A DNA stretch of 64,000 nt from Macrostomum hystrix. Taxonomy: Eukaryota; Animalia; Platyhelminthes. Location: NCBI GenBank assembly GCA_950097015.1, contig CATNEN010000038.1, positions 21,266,001 through 21,330,000 on the forward strand, written 5' to 3'. A model generated the notes under the pieces. That model was given only the letters and a program-made list of their open reading frames with translations. It was not told where the DNA came from and did no database searches. Each line of letters starts with the position of its first letter. Position 1 is the stretch's first letter. Positions 59,701 through 64,000 of the stretch are shown piece after piece. Made by a program: the position numbers and the translations under genes.

Positions 59701-59947
59701 AAAACATGAGTGAGGCGTGGAGATGATAAACAATGAGCTACAAAAGTCTTCCTGCAGGTTAAACTGGCTGCTGATATAGTAGATAAGCTAGCTATAACGT
59801 AGCAACCATAGTGAGCAAACTGGGACTTATGAATCAAATATGAAAGTAAGCAATGCAAGCTATTGAGCTGAATGAAGACTGCTGACTATACACTCCTACT
59901 AAATGGCCCCTATCAGAACCACAAACTTGCAGCTAAATATTAAAAAA

Positions 59948-61945
59948 TCATGTAGCACTGCTGTCGCTCGCTGCCAAAGGCACTGCGACAGCGTCTGGCG
60001 ATTCGGTCTCGATAACACACTCAGCCAGCTGAGGATCTTTTTGCATGACGGCATGCAACAGGGTGTTGAATAGTTGCTCCCAACGACCTTCGCTAGAAGG
60101 ATCGCCGTCAGAATCGGCTGCATCCGGAACAGCCGGATGTTCCACCGGGTCCAGGGACAGCAGCTGCGGCGCCACGCTGACCGCCCGCTTCAGCAGCCGC
60201 GAGCAGTAGGCTTCCCAGATGATTTTATCCTCGGCTAGCCGACGAATGATCTGCAGCAGCTCCTTTTTACTGCGCGAGTCGTCGCCAAAATCGTCAACTA
60301 GGCGTTGATGCTCGGCCTGTAAAAATGCGTTCGTTCGAACTGCGTCAGTTTCACTCGTCTCGTCTGCACATCTGGCCCAATATGATCAAACCTTAGACTA
60401 CTGATGAAGCATCTTCCCGGAGCCTCTGTCTAATGCCATCCTCTCACCTGCAAATCCTCGAGGCTCTGGCGTAGCGCAGCGGCTTCTCTCTGAGCTCTCT
60501 TGGCCTCCTTCTCAGCGTGGACAGCCTGCCGTTGCAGTCGCAGGTTCGCTCGCTTCATTTCCTCCCATTCGTTGAGGCTTTTCTGACCGTCCGCTCGGTT
60601 ACGACTCAGCACAACCTTCTCAACTCGGAGCTGGTCGGCCTTTGCTCGAATCTGGGCGATGTCCTGACGCGACCGGCCCAGCTCCTCTAGCAGTTCGTCG
60701 CAGTAGGCGTTGCAGCGGGCCAGCTCGTCTTCTTTTTCGTCCAGCTCGGCGTCCTTCTCCTGAAGGTCGTCCAGCAGTTTGCTGGTCTCCGCCTCGAAGA
60801 GCTCGACCTGCTGTCTGAGTCGACTGTTCTCATCCTCGCATTTGTGCAGCTTGTCGGTGAGTTTCAGCATGTATTCCACCTGGTTTGAATAAAGCCAGAG
60901 AAAAAATCTCACTTGGCATAGACATTTCCAGTCTATCTCTAAATAAAAGCTTCTTAAAAACTGCAACAATCAGTTGAACGTTCAGTTCGTTAGACTTGAC
61001 ATTTTCTTAGAAAAAGACGTTACTTTCTTGAAGAAAAAATTAGAGAGTCAGACAGTTGAGAAGGAGAGAGTCACATAGATAAGAGAAGTGAAGTCACACA
61101 GATAAGAGAAGGGAAGTCACAAAGATAAGTGAGGGAGAGTCACACAGGTGAGAGAGGAAGAGTCTCACAGGTGACAGAGGGAGAGTCACACATGTAAGAG
61201 AGGGAGAGTCACACAGGTAAGAGAGGGAGAGTCACACAGGTAAGAGAGGGAGAGTCACACAGGTGACAGAGGGAGAGTCACACAGGTAAGAGAGGGAGAG
61301 TCACACAGGTAAGAGAGGGAGAGTCACACAGGTAAGAGAGGGAGAGTCACACAGGTGACAGAGGAATCGCGCTAAATGGCTCACCTGCTCAGTTGCTTTG
61401 CTAGTTGCTGTCAGCATCTCCCTCTCGCGCCTATCCAGATCCTTCTGCTTGGCTCGTGTCTCGTGGCCCAGCATTGCCAGACTGTGCGCCAGCATCTGGC
61501 GTCGAGTCTGCACGGACACACCACGGCCGTAGATGAGGCTCTGTGTCATGCGACCGTTCCGTGAAAAATCCGCGGAATTTCCGTTGACTTCGGGCTGCGC
61601 AGCGGGGGGCAAACTGCTCGGCTGCGAAAGTTGAGATTGCAGATTGGGAGCCTGCGCCAGTGGTGTCGTCGGCTTTGCTGACGTCGGCGAAGGCACCTCG
61701 CTGATTGCGGACATTGCCATCGGATGGTTGTAGAGGTCAGCGCCAGCAGGATGCGGCTGATCGAACACCGGGTCCTGCTCCGTCTCCGGCTGACTCATCG
61801 AGTAGGCGTGATGCGGCCGCTGTCTGGGGTTACTGTGCGACACTAGCGACTCGTTTGAGATGCCCGAGTCCTCGTTTGATAGGCAGGAGCCTTCTAGATC
61901 GATGGCGTGGAACATTGACAGGGGCCAGGTGCTGTTTGACGCGTT
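59948..61945 (-). CDS. Coiled-coil protein with Rab11-FIP-like C-terminal motifs; 5' end uncertain
   Basis: Exons 61945-61385, 60879-60448, 60316-59948, all phase 0 GT-AG. Disordered N-terminus, long coiled coil, then SKKELLQII...WEAYCSRLLKRAVSVAPQLL, which resembles the FIP Rab11-binding helix. Family assignment is tentative. Confidence 0.72.
61045..61362. repeat. 23-bp minisatellite in intron
   Basis: Unit gagtcacacaggtaagagaggga. Confidence 0.9.
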
Positions 61946-61984
61946 CTGAAAGCTAAAAAAGCAAAAAAATGCTTCGTGTGATAG

Positions 61985-62502
61985 CTGATGACTCACCTAG
62001 CCTCATTAGACTCATAAGTAGCTAATGACTCACCTAGCATCATTAGACCCATAAGGTAGCTAATGACTCACCTAGCCTCATTAGACCCATAAGGTAGCTA
62101 ATGACTCACCTAGCCTCATTAGATCCATAAGGTAGCTAATGACTCACCTAGCCTCATTAGATCCATAAGGTAGCTAATGACTCACCTAGCCTCATTAGAT
62201 CCATAAGGTAGCTAATGACTCACCTAGCATCATTAGACCCATAAGGTAGCTAATGACTCACCTAGCCTCATTAGACCCATAAGTAGCTAATGACTCACCT
62301 AGCATCATTAGACCCATAAGGTAGCTAATGACTCACCTAGCCTCATTAGACCCATAAGGTAGCTAATGACTCACCTAGCCTCATTAGACCCATAAGTAGC
62401 TAATGACTCACGTAGCCTCATTAGACCCATAAGTAGCTGATGACTCACCTAGTCTCATTAGACCCATAAGGTAGCTAATGACTCACCTAGCCTCATTAGA
62501 CC
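61985..62502. repeat. 37-38-bp minisatellite
   Basis: Unit tagctaatgactcacctagcctcattagacccataag(g). Confidence 0.93.
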
Positions 62503-63189
62503 TAGGGGTAGCTTAATACGATTCATTATAACTAAGATATAATGATTCGCAATAAGCATAAGAAAGTACATTTCCATTTTTTACTACCAAATGCAGCGTG
62601 AGTCAATGTTGACCCTATGTACTTTTTTCTTTTTTTGTTGGAGCGAAAATTTAATGAAAAGCAAAGCAAACACACTTTTCTCTAGATTGCAAGAGTGCAT
62701 ATACTCGTAAATGCACCGACGCGGTATAGCACCCGAAAGAAAGTTCTTCGCCGTTCTTTGTCAAATAATTGTGCGCCACCGCCTTTTTCTGACTATCTGC
62801 ATATACTCTGCATTTTTTCGGTTCTAAATAAGATAAAAGTAGAGATAATGTTATGATGAGCGGATAGCCATTTTGGATACTCAGTTTGATAACACAGACT
62901 CATTTGGACAAGCAATAGGCTAGCTTGGACAAAGCTGGGTTTGTCCAGCTTAATTGTCTCTGAGTTTATAGTCAGAGAGAAACAAGAAACAAAAAAAGAT
63001 TTTCAATTGACATTCTTTTAGTTCAGGGCAAAGTTAAGCTTAGTAAAATTTTGAAACAATTAACGCGGCAGACTTTGGCTATGACAGTGGGAATTTCGCA
63101 TGCTCTGGTTAAATAGACGAAACGAAAAAGTGGAAATCGATAGGGCCACTAACTAGAGCTTATAGTTTACTTCATGGAAAACTATAATG

Positions 63190-63808
63190 GTCACACAGGT
63201 AACAGAGAGGTAGAGTCACACAAGTGACAGAGAAGTAGAGTCACACAGGTAACAGAGAGGTAGAGTCACACAGGTAACAGAGAGGTAGAGTCACACAGGT
63301 AACAGAGAGGGAGAGTCACACAGGTGACAGAGAGGGAGAGTCACACAGGTGACAGAGAGGGAGAGTCACACAGGTGACAGAGAGGGAGAGTCACACAGGT
63401 GACAGAGAGGGAGAGTCACACAGGTGACAGAGAGGGAGAGTCACACAGGTAACTGAGAGGGAGAGTCACACAGGTGACAGAGAGGGAGAGTCACACAGGT
63501 GACAGAGAGGGAGAGTCACACAGGTGACAGAGAGGGAGAGTCACACAGGTAACTGAGAGGGAGAGTCACACAGGTAACTGAGAGGGAGAGTCACACAGGT
63601 AACTGAGAGGGAGAGTCACACAGGTAACTGAGAGGGAGAGTCACACAGGTAACAGAGAGGGAGAGTCACACAGGTGACAGAGAGGGAGAGTCACACAGGT
63701 GACAGAGAGGGAGAGTCACACAGGTGACAGAGAGGGAGAGTCACACAGGTGACAGAGAGGGAGAGTCACACAGGTAACAGAGAGGGAGAGTCACACAGGT
63801 GACAGAGA
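63190..63808. repeat. 25-bp minisatellite related to the 61045 array
   Basis: Unit gagtcacacaggtRacWgagaggga. Confidence 0.93.
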
Positions 63809-64000
63809 TCACATCATGTGACTGTTGGTGTCTCTCATCTGATGACACGAGAACTGCTTTTCTTAGAAAGTTTAACGATTAATTATTCAAACGGACCGCA
63901 AGATCTGAATAGTTAGCTTGCTTGCTAACTAGATGAATATTTGATGGGAAAACTGTACAATCCGACTGTAACCTTGTGAATGAATTTTTAATGCATTTGG

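Noticed and set aside
1-63808. CRISPR-like appearance of the 28-38-bp repeats
   Set aside because: Units are head-to-tail with no unique spacers, there are no cas genes, and the context is eukaryotic.

Overview
Eukaryotic (metazoan) genomic DNA with GT-AG introns. Roughly a quarter of the window (about 17 kb by hand count) is minisatellite. The style resembles a free-living flatworm such as Macrostomum, but that is inference only. Nine host genes were assembled by hand from splice sites: GGNBP2 (-, 6 coding exons), LIN54 (+), an unknown acidic/polyQ/coiled-coil gene (+), a secreted C-type lectin/PAN-like protein (+), a 75-aa membrane microprotein (-), the minor-spliceosome protein SNRNP35 (-), two divergently oriented intracellular serpins, and a coiled-coil protein with Rab11-FIP-like C-terminal motifs (-). 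Mobile elements: an intact Merlin/IS1595-type DNA transposon, a near-pristine Gypsy LTR element with a -1 frameshift signal, a frameshifted IS630/Tc1-type element, a hAT-Charlie-like MITE carrying a minisatellite, a second MITE, three tRNA-derived CORE-like SINEs, and an internally deleted RTE-like LINE interrupted by a solo LTR. The most notable structure is the serpin locus. It shows a tandemly duplicated reactive-centre-loop (RCL) exon cassette with a different loop sequence, and a sharply bounded homogenised tract between the inverted paralogues. Most long ORFs in the supplied track that cross repeats are artefacts of satellite units.
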